DNA from: Folioceros fuciformis | Taxonomy: Eukaryota | Direction of reading: 5' to 3' | Assembly (NCBI GenBank): GCA_049999805.1 | Contig: JBNGIO010006284.1 | Location: 214,049 to 234,048 of the forward strand | Length of the DNA: 20,000 bases | Shown: piece by piece, positions 1-10,386 of the stretch | Layout of the letters: each line of letters starts with the position of its first letter | How positions within the stretch are numbered: the first letter of the stretch is position 1 | Notes under the pieces: model-generated | Told to the model about the DNA's origin: nothing | What the model saw: the letters and a program-made list of their open reading frames with translations, nothing else | Database searches by the model: none | Made by a program: the position numbers and the translations under genes

Positions 1-635
1 CCAGAAAGCCACCGTCTCCAGAGGATCAGTCTCCGGTTGCTGCGAAACCCAGCAGAAGCAAAGGAAGGTCATGCGCTATAAAGCTGTTGCGAGGGTTCGG
101 TCCTCTGATTGCCCTCATTGCTTGGAGCTTCGGGTTGTATGTAATTTTGTTGATGAAAGACTGGAGCGAGACTCAAGGCGACTTGGACTACGAGTGAGCC
201 CCACAGTCAACGCCCTCTTCTCAACTACTAGCAATTCTAAAACAAGTATCAAAGGTGCAAAAATGTAACCATCAAACAGCATAGCTCGTCTGCCCATTGG
301 AAGCCAAACAACGTCATGGTAGCTTGCTAGCAATAGAAACAGCCAACCAATGTGATTTGCCTACGTAGCCTGGAACATTACCAGATACCAGAAGGGCTAG
401 GGAGAAAGCCATGTTGGTCAATCTTCCACTAGACCTATCGAAGTTATGGTAGTGGGCAGCAACTACATGTAGGATTGCTGCTACCATGACGTCGACATGC
501 CTAGTAGAAGCTTGACCTACTAAAGCACCTTTTTCCTAGCCCGGGCGGTACCCTGTAGTATCTCATGCATGCACGCTAGATAAATCACAATCCTTGGCTG
601 TGCCTTGCTGCTCGCACACTCCATGTTGTCGAGAT

Positions 636-748
636 CGCTGGAAGACTTTCGGGGCTCTTGACGCTGGAAGACTTTCGGGGACTTTCGGGGCTCTTGACGC
701 TGGAAGACTTTCGGGGCTCTTGACGCTGGAAGACTTTCGGGGCTCTTG
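636..748. repeat. Tandem repeat, 26-bp unit CGCTGGAAGACTTTCGGGGCTCTTGA, about 4 copies
   Basis: Units start at 636, 662, 698 and 724. The second unit carries an internal 10-bp duplication (ACTTTCGGGG). There are no unique spacers. Confidence 0.95.
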
Positions 749-2207
749 CGATGTCCTTCAATGCTTGCTTAGGGCCATTTCCTACATCACTAGATGGTTG
801 TCCCCACTACCAAGGCTCCATAGATTTGGATGCAAGCTCCTAATCAAGCACACCACCTACTCTGCACACCAATATATTAGTAGAAAATGCCAACGAAGGC
901 AACTAGTAACAAACGCCACACAACGTGGTGTTGAGTACTCTACACATCTTCTAAAACACACTAACTCTTGTACCATGTTAGAAAACCATAAGTCCTAACC
1001 ATACTACATTAAAAATGGCAGACTATGTATACATATATAAGCTTCAAGGCATGACATACCTCGATAGCCAGGACTCTTATTCCGATCCTTTTATTTTTGT
1101 AATAACTGATTATTTTCTATTATTGAAAACGAGAAAGTCCTGTCTACTCCAAAGATCGAAGGGATAACCCGAGCAAGGCTAAAGGCTAAAGGAGGTACTA
1201 GCCCCTTCGAACATCATTCTCAAAAACTACCTAATGCCCCCAAAATAATTTTCGTATGTGTTTCTAGGAGTTATTCTTCACAACTCCCATGCCACTTGCA
1301 TAAAGTGTTCTACATCCCTGACTCATAAAGTTGTTATGGGATTCTACTTTCGACTCTTATATAGAAGATTCTACATCTTCAACTTATGGTTTCCAAACCC
1401 CATCCATGATCTTAGAGCACTCGGAACATGACAACGGTATGTACCAAAACCTTGAGCCCATTAGGAATCAAATTCTTCTATTGCTCTTGGAGCACCTAGA
1501 GCCATGAGCCCATGGGATTGAAGACAACATGATAGCTATAAGCAACAATGCAAATGAACAACAAGTTTTGCGCCAAGCAGGCAAATTCCACCAAGTCTCA
1601 TTAAGCATCATCTTCAAAACTAGTAGTCTTGGTTGCATTTTTGTGATTTATTATTTTTTAAGAAAATTTGTTCACGTGGTGGTCATGTGTGCACACAATC
1701 TTGTTCTACAAGGACCAGCAAACATAAGAAGACCCATTGTTGAAGACACCGAGTTAGAAGCACCCATTTGATCAACTATCACTCACAATCAACCCCAAGC
1801 ATATGGTATTCAATTTGATTAGCTTAGGTTGGTTTAAAACTCGGTGAATATTACAAGGGCAACTTGCAAAGCTATGTTGGTCAACCAGTTTCTCTAGTCA
1901 AAAGAGGTTTCGGTGAAACTATTTACAATAAATTTTCTATCATTTTTTTTTATTTCTTGTCATATTGACTCTTTTAAGCAAAAACATATCTTTGTAGAGT
2001 AGCACACATATACCCCTTGATGTGTGCATTGGGTGACATTTGATTTTTCTTTTTGCAAATATTTTTAGCATCTTTTGTGAAATGATGAGATCACAAAGCA
2101 CTGTAAACCTACTTTAATATTTTTTTGATTTAGCCCAGACTCCCTCCGGATTTATTCATGTACTTCAGCTTTATGAACCTCCTTTGGCTTTATTTCTATT
2201 AATCTTC

Positions 2208-2340
2208 TTGCAAATTTCTTGTGTTAAGAGCCTTTCCAACTTCCTTATGAAGGATGTTTTTGGTTTGACTATGCTTGCTTGCAAATTACTTCTGTTAAGA
2301 TCTTTTCCAACTTGTTTGTAAAGGACAGTTTGGTTTGACT
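2208..2340. repeat. Diverged direct duplication, period ~71 bp
   Basis: TTGCAAATT..TGTTAAGA..TTTCCAACTT..AAGGA..TTTGGTTTGACT occurs at 2208-2270 and 2279-2340. Confidence 0.75.
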
Positions 2341-2380
2341 GGGCATTGAGAGCCTCACCGTCTATGTGGGTCCATAGTAC

Positions 2381-2480
2381 NNNNNNNNNNNNNNNNNNNN
2401 NNNNNNNNNNNNNNNNNNNNNNNNNNNNNNNNNNNNNNNNNNNNNNNNNNNNNNNNNNNNNNNNNNNNNNNNNNNNNNNN
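2381..2480. other. Assembly gap with identical 47-bp flanks, probably a false gap from overlapping contig ends
   Basis: 2334-2380 is identical to 2481-2527. Confidence 0.85.
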
Positions 2481-2702
2481 TTTGACTGGGCATTGAGAGC
2501 CTCACCGTCTATGTGGGTCCATAGTACATAGCCTCCATCATATTGAGCCAGGCATCTATGCCCAGCAAATTGTGAGCAAGCAAGATATGTTAATATGCCT
2601 GGTTGGAAGCATTTAGCTTCATACGAGCCGGAAGTAGGATAGACACGAAGATACGGAATCGGAAGGACGTGGTGTGTTTGTTGCAAATGGTAAAAGTGTC
2701 AC

Positions 2703-2712
2703 TATAAATATA
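2703..2712 (+). promoter_or_regulatory. TATA-like element upstream of the tRNA gene
   Basis: TATAAATATA at -34 to -25 relative to tRNA +1, the position typical of plant Pol III tRNA genes. Confidence 0.6.
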
Positions 2713-2736
2713 CTTTTGAAGACAGTAGAGATAACC

Positions 2737-2810
2737 GGCCTATTAGCTCAGTTGGTTAGAGCGTCGTGCTAATAACGCGAAGGTCGCAGGTTCGAGACCT
2801 GCATAGGCCA
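2737..2810 (+). tRNA. tRNA-Ile(AAT): tRNA-Ile, anticodon AAT (nuclear eukaryotic type, no intron, CCA not encoded)
   Basis: 74 nt. Acceptor stem GGCCTAT/ATAGGCC plus discriminator A; D arm with A box TAGCTCAGTTGG; anticodon loop CT-AAT-AA (AAT 2771-2773); T arm GCAGG-TTCGAGA-CCTGC. Confidence 0.98.
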
Positions 2811-2823
2811 GTGGCGATTATTA

Positions 2824-2831
2824 TTTTCTTT
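2824..2831 (+). terminator. Pol III oligo-T terminator
   Basis: TTTTCTTT starts 14 nt downstream of the tRNA 3' end. Confidence 0.6.
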
Positions 2832-4087
2832 GAAATATATATGGACCTTTATTATGTCAGGTAATACAGAATCTTCGTATTAATAGACAATTCGCCGTTG
2901 AGACGTTCAGTAGATCACTTCACAACTCATCAACAGCAAAAACATTCGTCTGAGCACAGCCCCAGCTTGAATCGGAGCCCACAGATAAACTTGCATCCTG
3001 AATTGGCCATACAGATCGACTCTCACCCTGAATCACACCCAGATCATACAGATCGACTCTCAGCTCCCTTTTTGATAAAGGAGCTGCTACAGCAATGCCC
3101 TCCACCGTTGAACAGGCCACAGTTTGTAAGCTTCGCTTGTCATGGGCTAATGGCTGCACTATGATAAACCCAACTACCCTGACCTTTTTGAGGATTGCTG
3201 GATCCCTCTCTTGGCCCTTGTAATTACTACTTCACTTGATACCATTACGCTAGCTCCAACCCGTACGGGACCGCAAAACCGACCTGCAGCGTTAAGCAAA
3301 AGAGCAGGAGCGGAAGGATGTTGAGCACGCACTCACGAGGAACTCGTCTCATGTCAAGGATACAGCATCCGAAGAAGTTTTCTGGATTCGTGCAAACACA
3401 TCAAGCGGTCCAACACATACATTCTTGTAAGAACCGACCGTGACCTGGGGAGCTGGACACCTAATAACCGGGCGGAATATGAACATCGTGAACCAAAATC
3501 AAAGATTTTGGAGACCCTTACCCCTGGTTGCTTGCACCGGGGAATGGCTTGTAGGTGTGAGACAAGGATGACGGAGAGCAAAGCAACGACAAAGCTGCTC
3601 GGACGGAAGAACCAGGAAAGAACGAAGAACCGATCTTGAACCAAACAACTTCGCCACGGTCCAGCGGCATAGCCTGTGCACAATCTGTCACAACAGTTGG
3701 AACGAAATTGCAGAGAATGCAACGACCACACCAGTCCCGGCATCCGCTGCAACACAGTTCAACATGCTTTCGAAAAGAAAACCTCGCACCTCGCTGACTC
3801 CAGCACGTACGCCTGGAGCATCAGACACCATGAACGGTACGCCCAGCTGCTCCCCGACCAGCTGCCAGTGCCCTGCAGAGACAGTGCTCTCGCCTCGGCC
3901 GTGCTTGTGCAGGAGGCTGTCGAGCGGGCTGCAACCGGGAGCAGAAAGGTTCCCCTAACCTGCCCACCAGCAGCAAATTTCAGAACATGTTCCCTCCAGG
4001 ACAGGCAAAATGATTCGTGTATTGATTCCGTGGTCCACTGGATGTTTGCCATGCAGGTCCCTTGCATATCGAACTCGTGTCAACCAG

Positions 4088-4159
4088 TTTGCTCAGAACG
4101 TTTCCCACTGGCCGCAGGAGGAGACTGAAGAGGAGGTGCACGAAATCATGGCTCCCTTC
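4088..4159 (+). pseudogene. Possible C-terminal fragment of an alpha/beta-hydrolase (epoxide-hydrolase-like catalytic His region)
   Basis: Translation FAQNVSHWPQEETEEEVHEIMAPF resembles the SHWxQxxxPEEV...F motif, and a TGCAG acceptor-like site lies just upstream (~4052-4056). No other hydrolase motif was recognised. Confidence 0.25.
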
Positions 4160-5095
4160 GGGCCAGAGAGCCTCTTCTGTGCCGCGGGGCAGTATCACGA
4201 CATCCATCCTTACAACTTCAGCGCCGTGTCGCTGCCTGCTCTGCTCTCAACTGCAGCTCATCCGTCCACCCGCAGGTAAGCTCTGCGTACGCCTGGAGGT
4301 TTGCGCTTCTGGTTCTGCTGTCCAATTCCTGCCACCTACCCTTCCAGTAACAAATGTTAATGAGAGTCTGGCACATTCTGAGCCAGCCTTCTTTGTACGC
4401 AACCTCCTTGGACGCAGCATTGCGGTGCACGCATCGCTATGAATATCGAAGGCTGTAGAAGCTAGCATAAGCTTAAAAAATCCATAAAATGGAATTTGCG
4501 GTACGGCGAGTGGCAGGCCTTGATGGCTTTGGGAATAGGTAGGGATGCCACCGTCTTGTGCCTTGATGACTGCTCTGCGAATTCGTTGATTCCAAGGATC
4601 CATCTGTCCAAACTCTGGACAGGTATCTGGCGGCCATAACCCACCACTGTTGTGTGCCGAACTTGTTAGTAGCTGTCTTCTAGGTATGTACTATGCTTTA
4701 GTCGCTTAAATCAGGTGGCCAGGTCCGGGCCCCACTGACACTGTCCTTGTGCCCGAGTGTATGTAACATCATACATGCACCGTATATAGTATAGGCTGGA
4801 CCGGTTGCCCGTTGTGTTTGCCAGTGGGTTGTAGAATTAGGGTAGGAACATTTTAAATCTTGATTTGTTTAGACCGCGGTGCGCCAAATTGGGGTTCCTA
4901 TCGGGTTGTAGGAACTAGGGTTTAAGTACTGAAACCTCATTTCAAATCTTGATTTGCTTATACGGCGCTGCGCCAAATGGACGCTCCTTAGATCAACAAG
5001 GGTGATCTTAGTTGACGTCGTGTACCATCGAATGATGTACTTGGTATTGCTAACCACCAAATAATCGCCTCATACTTGTCATGGATTTTGACTTG

Positions 5096-5480
5096 CCAAT
5101 GAAAGGTTTTTTCACATTTCTTTCTCTAGTCGTCACTCATCCTTGCATGTTATATACCATTTTGTTTGTCTCAATAAGGTAAACAGAATAATTTAGGGTT
5201 TAGGGTATATTTTTTGTGTGTTTTGGAGTACATTTATTAGGATGCTGCAATGCAAGGTTTTCTTCACAAATCTTTGCATGCTATATACCATTTTGTTTAT
5301 CTGAGCAAGGTGAACAGAAAGATGAGTTTTTTGTGCGTTTTGGAGCACATTTATTAGGATGTTACAATGCAAAGGTTTTCTTCACATCCTGACTTTGGAT
5401 GTTTGTTTCTTTCTCCAATCTTCACTAATCCTTGCATGCTACACACCATTCTATTTGTCTTGGTAAGGCAAATAGAATGG
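5096..5480. repeat. Degenerate ~120-160 bp repeat, about 3 copies
   Basis: ATCYTTGCATGYTAYAYACCATT..TTT..T..AAGG..AAYAGAA recurs near 5139, 5270 and 5428. TTTTTGTGYGTTTTGGAGYACATTTATTAGGATG recurs near 5211 and 5328. Confidence 0.8.
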
Positions 5481-5504
5481 TATGTAATATGCAAGGATTT
5501 GTGA
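5422..5504. repeat. Long inverted repeat (hairpin) with ~40-bp arms and a 3-nt loop
   Basis: 5422-5461 pairs with 5465-5504 with 5 DNA mismatches; loop GGT. Confidence 0.9.
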
Positions 5505-5970
5505 GTGTGGAACAAGGGTGCAAGAACATTTGGGATTGTGTATATATGCATGATCGTATTGTGTTTGAAGATGCAGAATACTTTATTGGCTGTGAAGTGA
5601 CTTATAGCCCAAATGCAAGAGACGAGTGGATGCAAGGAAAATGAGAGCTTGAGTGCACGCCATTGCAAGTTTTTATACCAATTGAAGGACTAAGCAATGC
5701 ACCTAGGTTGAGGCCTTTCTTTTCCCCTCCCAAGGGAAAATGAAGAAAGTCACTTGGAATGTGAGGTGGCAAAGAGAATGCATAGAGGACAACGGCACAT
5801 AATTACATGCCTTGTTTTCCAGGACAATAGCAAGGTTACACTCCTTGGTTGTTCTTTGTTGAGGAGTACCTTGGCTTCCATGTTGTTGCTGCTTTGTGCG
5901 TGCATTTAGTTTCCATTCATTATAGTGCCTTATTGCCTCCATGACCCTCTTACCTGTAGCCTTCATATAG

Positions 5971-6192
5971 ATGGAGCTTAGGCTCTAGAGGCCTTCAAAT
6001 TTATGGGCCTAGACTCCTGCAGCCTTAAATCCATGGGGCTTAGGCTCTAGACTCCTGCAGCCTTAAATCCATGNNNNNNNNNNAAATCCATGGGGCTTAG
6101 GCTCTAGACTCCTGCAGCCTTAAATCCATGGGGCTTAGGCTCTGCAATTTCAAATCCATGGGGCTTAGGCTCCTGCAATTTCAAATCCATGG
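5971..6192. repeat. Tandem repeat with 38-bp and 30/31-bp unit variants (AAATCCATGGGGCTTAGGCTC...), interrupted by a 10-N gap
   Basis: AAATCCATG recurs six times plus one diverged copy. The gap at 6074-6083 suggests a collapsed array. Confidence 0.9.
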
Positions 6193-6221
6193 CAAACCTT
6201 CTCCTCTCACTCACGAATGCA

Positions 6222-6362
6222 AGACACACATACCTACCTGTCTGTAGACACACACACCTACCAGTGTGTAGACACACACACACCTACCTGTCTCTGCCCG
6301 TGGAAGACGAAGAAGGGGGACTTGGTTCTGCCCGTGGATGACGAAGAAGCGGGACTTGGTTC
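6222..6362. repeat. Two adjacent short tandem repeats (~24 bp x3; 34 bp x2)
   Basis: AGACACACA(T/C)ACCTACC occurs three times, then TCTGCCCGTGGA(A/T)GACGAAGAAG(G/C)GGGACTTGGT at 6293 and 6327. Confidence 0.85.
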
Positions 6363-7191
6363 CAAGCAGGCGCAAGTAAATATTTTATTTAAGCTATAAT
6401 AGTTTGCGCTGTAGACCAAGGACGGTAGTTTGCCAGCCCGTTTTTCGCGGAAATAACCCACGGCTTGCCCGTGCCGCTCTATTTCACCAGTTGCCGGTGC
6501 CCTGCAAAACTATACGTACATGCTCACCGTATCCTTCTGCACAAGCCACGGGATGTAATACATCAAGCATGGCAGTGCTCCACGAGTGGATCGGTGGGGC
6601 CAGACCTGGCCACCTGATTTTTACGGCTAGGGTTTTGACGGATTTTTTCAGTTGGGAAGGACAGTGAACTTGAATGCCGACACAGAGACCGTGCAAAATA
6701 TATACCTGACAGAGACTATTGCAACAGTCTTCCAGACCAGCTTTGTCTCAGTGCATGTGCCCAGTACTGGAGGCACGCGTGTGTAGGTCACGCAAGCTAC
6801 CTCTCAATTTTCTAGCCTTTGCTCTCTCGGGTAGTCTTGAAGATTGTGCCCCACAGCACACAGCCATTTCAGCAACAAGAACTGCAACTGCGGAAGCAAG
6901 GAGGAAGCCGCCACAACCGGAACTGCGATGGAAACAAACATTCACACAAAAAACTTGAAGTCGTCAGAAGTTTCTCCATTACATACAGGGCAGAACGAAG
7001 TCATGACCACATACATACGCATTCGTAGATAGTAGACACAATGTAGTTTTACTGTAAACCTCGAGGGTGCATCTTACGGTTCTGCCTTTCCTGTCTCCTA
7101 TACTCCCAAAGGTTGCGCAGGTTGGAATTGCAACTTACAGCGGGAAGTGAAAAGCGCCAAACCAAACCTGTTGCATGGAAAAATATTTCAA

Positions 7192-7560
7192 GGTACAGGC
7201 TGAGGCTACCAGAGACGCCAGGACCTGTTGGTCCTCGGGAATCGAGAGGAATGCCGCCGCCGTGTGCCTCAATGATCTAAAGATGAATAGAATGAAGAGT
7301 GCAAATTTGCTGATGCAACCCAAAATTTAGAACCCATCCAAAGAAGGACCCACCCGTCCGGCTTGATCAATCGGATGGCACTCACGAACCCAATCATTAT
7401 CTACGAGCCTTTGGATATGCAAGAGACAGAGGATACGTGATTCCTGCAAGTTGTCCACAGCACTATGGGAAGTACAGTGGGGTCGAGTCCCGTTTTCCAA
7501 TCTACACCAACCAGAGTGGTGCTAATTACATAATAGCCACTATGGCACCGTATGTACGAC
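7192..7560 (-). pseudogene. Highly decayed DUF674-like remnant (copy D)
   Basis: Minus-strand peptides YIRC, LVGVDWKTG, VDNLQ and VSSVSCI parallel YYRC, LQVVVNRKTG, TDALD and VSTITSI of the intact copy, with frameshifts. GTGGGT donor at 7353, CAACAG acceptor ending at 7225, exon-2-like VLASLVASACT, followed by the shared 3' flank motif. Confidence 0.5.
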
Positions 7561-7917
7561 TGGTGGAGACCGCTATTAATGCAGCAGATCTTGCCGGCTA
7601 TTTTGCATGTCTCAAGAGCCATTGGCTAGAGACTAAGAGAGTCTAGAGACACTTGCGGCCATGCAGATCTATACTGTCACGCTACCTACTGCTTTTCTAA
7701 CCTAATTGCTCTCTCCTGTACTCAACGATTGTGCACCACATCGCATTGCCATTGCAGCAACAGCAACTGCGCGGAAGGAAACAAACTGTTATGAGACAAC
7801 TCTGACAATATGCCAAATAGCATGGCATGCCTTGGCCAATAAATGCTATTCGCCACATGTCATGACCTTCCCACCTAGGTCTCTGTAGTGGAGGCCGAGG
7901 GTGTTGAACTTCGGACT

Positions 7918-8697
7918 TCATTTTGCGCTGTAAGGCCAGAACACATCATTCAGGACGTTCTTGACAGTGAAGAACACAAAAACCAACTTCAGAACCTGCA
8001 GGAATGGCGCTCAGAGACCGACTATATTCCACAATACGAGGGATGACGATTCAGGTGCTAAAGCAAGGCGACGGCCTGAGCAACTCAAGCACACAAAGGG
8101 GGAAGCACTCCCAAATTCCAACATTAGAGTAGCAGGATTTGCAATACCTCCGTGACGTACGTTTGCAACATAGGCCTCGCAGCTATCGACCTCACCCAAA
8201 GCCTGGGTGCTGAAAAGTATGGCGCTGCTCCAGGGCACCGTTTCCGTATCCTTCATCCTCCAGCCATGGCCAAAGCCTCTGTCCAGACTCGTTGTTTCCC
8301 CTAACGATTCAGGCCTGCAGTAGGAGCACCTAGAACAGACCGGTCCCACCTCGACAAGAGTCTGAGCTGCCTCTGAGGAAGAGGAGCTCTCGATCGACAG
8401 GACTGGTGGTGCTCCTAGCTGCACTGATACTGGCAGCGATATCTGCCCAACGTGCCCACTGGAGGGAAGATTAGGCAGATGGATATATCTCGTGCGTACA
8501 TGCTTAGCTGGGTCACCCAGCTTCTCCGCACTCAAAGCAACATTGGGCATGGCGCTCAGAGACGCAATCCGCCCGTGTGCACCCAATTTGGTGAAGATGT
8601 TGCCCAAGAACAGGAGCAGGCAGCCCAGGAGCAGGTCCAAGAAGTCCTTGCCTGCTTTCATGCGCTGCATCCCCTTGCTCTCCCTTTGACGCGACAT
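7918..8697 (-). pseudogene. Divergent DUF674-like paralogue (copy C); exons 8697-8161 and 7995-7918; probable pseudogene or truncated variant
   Basis: MKAGKDFLDLLLGCLLLFLGNIFTKL matches MEAGKDFVDLVLSFLVLPVGTILTRL. DSCEAYV precedes an in-frame GTACGT donor, and a CTGCAG acceptor is followed by VLKLVFVFFTVKNVLNDVFWPYSAK*. The GFVK/FMVTD motifs are eroded and there is an apparent 1-nt insertion just upstream of 8697. Confidence 0.75.
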
Positions 8698-9519
8698 CCT
8701 GCACCGTCCGCGGCTCCTTCCTTAGCCTTCCTGTCACTAACTGAAGCTTCAGGTCCGCTCTCGAGGCTCGAATCCTCACGGTCTGCGATCCTTGCACTTC
8801 TGCTTCCCCTTCGGACAGGTGTGGCACCATGTATCTGCGCAGCCTCGACACTCAGCAGCTGTAGCACGCAACCAGCCTACTTGGACACTGGTAACGATCG
8901 ATCGGGAGAAAATCCTGAGCCAGATTCCAGCCGCTGCTTTCAGCACGCCTCCTAATGCGTGTCTGTCTGCCGTACCCGCAATTAAGCTATACATTCTTGA
9001 TATAAAGAATCTCATTCGTCACAACTCTGCTAACCAAGCTGACGAAACCAAAGAGGTTCAGCCAAGCTTTTCCATCGGAATAAAAAAAACACGGTTAATA
9101 GACCAGTCCTTCCGAAATGTTACATAGCACACGGCACCGAACGAGATAGGTGAGTGAGTCCTGAACAGACGTGTGTGATGGCGTGCTCTCCGGAATGCAA
9201 CGGGTTTTCCACCACAGTTCAGAATTTGGTTGATCCTTTACCGTAACGGGATACATACAAATGTTGTACATAGACTATCCTCATAATAAACCTCACTCGC
9301 GAGACTATGATCTGACCTTAATTGCTCTCTCCGAATACCCAAAGGTTGCGCACCTTGGCATCACTATTTGGACAGCAAACAAACCAAAACTGTATCGTAA
9401 CAGGCTAAGACCTTGGCTCGGCTACTCTCCAATGATATGAGCAGCAGGAAGCACATGCTGGTGTCACAGCCTCAGTCTCTGCGCCGTGACGAAATGGCAG
9501 AGGGATCCACTATCCACAA

Positions 9520-10386
9520 CTACGATGAGCTGGAGGCCCCGCTCCCAAACACATCGTTCAGAACATTCCTAGAACAGAACGACCTCGCCAGCAGCATCAG
9601 AGCCTGCAGGAGTTGCACAATCGCAAAAGGTCACAGTTTGCAGGATAAACCAGATGGTAGGAAGGCCAAGTACAAATTTGAAGCGACATGCAAAACAGAT
9701 ATCGAACTACCCACCTCTTCAGCTCCCACATGAGCTTCGCAGCTTTCCAGATCCCGCATGCTCTGTACCTCCAACTTGTTCAGCAGCTCAATACTCGTGA
9801 TAGTCGACACAGGCAAAATGTCCAAGGCATCGGTCACCATGAAGGTAAGATTCTTCTTCACAAATCCAGTCTTGCGATTCACTACGACCTGTAGGCTCGA
9901 GTTTCCGACATCAGCCAGCCAAACCTCTTTAGACATCACATTGTTCCGGCAAGAAGGACAATACTGGGAACTGGTTTTAGAAAGCCATGAAGTGCACCGG
10001 CCATTGCCGCACCGATAGTACAATTCCGGTTCCGGTCGAGCCTGGGTACCTCTGAGGTCCACAACCTCCAGCTCCAGCAGCCCCGCTGTACGGATATGCG
10101 CGCTTGCAGCAGGAGTCAACAGCCCAGTCTTCTCAATATACAAAGCAGAGTTCTCCAACTTCCTCACGCTTTCTGCAATGTTGGCTATGGAAGCCAGACA
10201 TTTTGAACTGTTGAAGTCTGGCGTGCAGTTGGCCAATCGCGTCAAGATGGTCCCCACGGGCAACACCAAGAAGCTCAACACAAGGTCAACAAAGTCCTTC
10301 CCGGCCTCCATGTACAGCACGCGCTTGGTCCGCTTATGCTTCAACAGCCTCACCGACATCTTTGGGCCACGTTTCGATTCCTCCAT
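9520..10386 (-). CDS. DUF674-family (PF05056-like) plant protein, intact, 251 aa; exon 1 10386-9715, intron 9714-9604 (111 bp), exon 2 9603-9520 (copy A)
   Basis: Family motifs VLYMEAGKDFVDLVLSFLVLPVGTI, Cys cluster YYRC..C...CPSC, GFVK...FMVTDAL and VGAEE|ALMLLARSFCSRNVLNDVF. Phase-0 GTGGGT...CTGCAG intron; no stops. The start codon is inferred (MEESKR; M at 10359 is an alternative). Confidence 0.9.

Larger units (their letters stand above)
4645..6693. mobile_element. Putative non-autonomous TIR DNA transposon (CACTA/CACTG-like or MULE-like); boundaries approximate
   Basis: Perfect 18-bp inverted repeat AAATCAGGTGGCCAGGTC (4708-4725) / GACCTGGCCACCTGATTT (6603-6620), extending to ~30 bp with few differences. 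Weaker inverted similarity continues out to CACTG (4645) and CCGTG (6689-6693). Flanks are CAC/CAA. The interior is rich in tandem repeats and has no transposase ORF. Confidence 0.5.

Noticed and set aside
311..492. 13-bp inverted repeat ACGTCATGGTAGC / GCTACCATGACGT as MITE ends
   Set aside because: No target-site duplication and no second copy in the window.
636..748. CRISPR-like appearance of short repeats (also 5971-6192, 11303-11430, 18748-18825)
   Set aside because: Units are head-to-tail with no unique spacers, there are no cas genes, and the context is eukaryotic; these are minisatellites.
2171..2686. 171-aa ORF with apparent internal peptide repeat
   Set aside because: It spans an N gap whose flanks are duplicated, so it is an artefact.
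2737..2900. tRNA-derived SINE or tRNA-snoRNA dicistron
   Set aside because: The cloverleaf is perfect and promptly terminated by oligo-T, with no SINE body, tail, TSD or clear snoRNA boxes.
5192..5205. TTTAGGG x2 as telomere or healed break
   Set aside because: Only two units; such interstitial motifs are common in plant repeats.
7314..7646. ~110-codon plus-strand open frame (...LRAFGYARDRGYVIP...)
   Set aside because: No recognisable family, and the region is better explained as the antisense of DUF674 remnant D.
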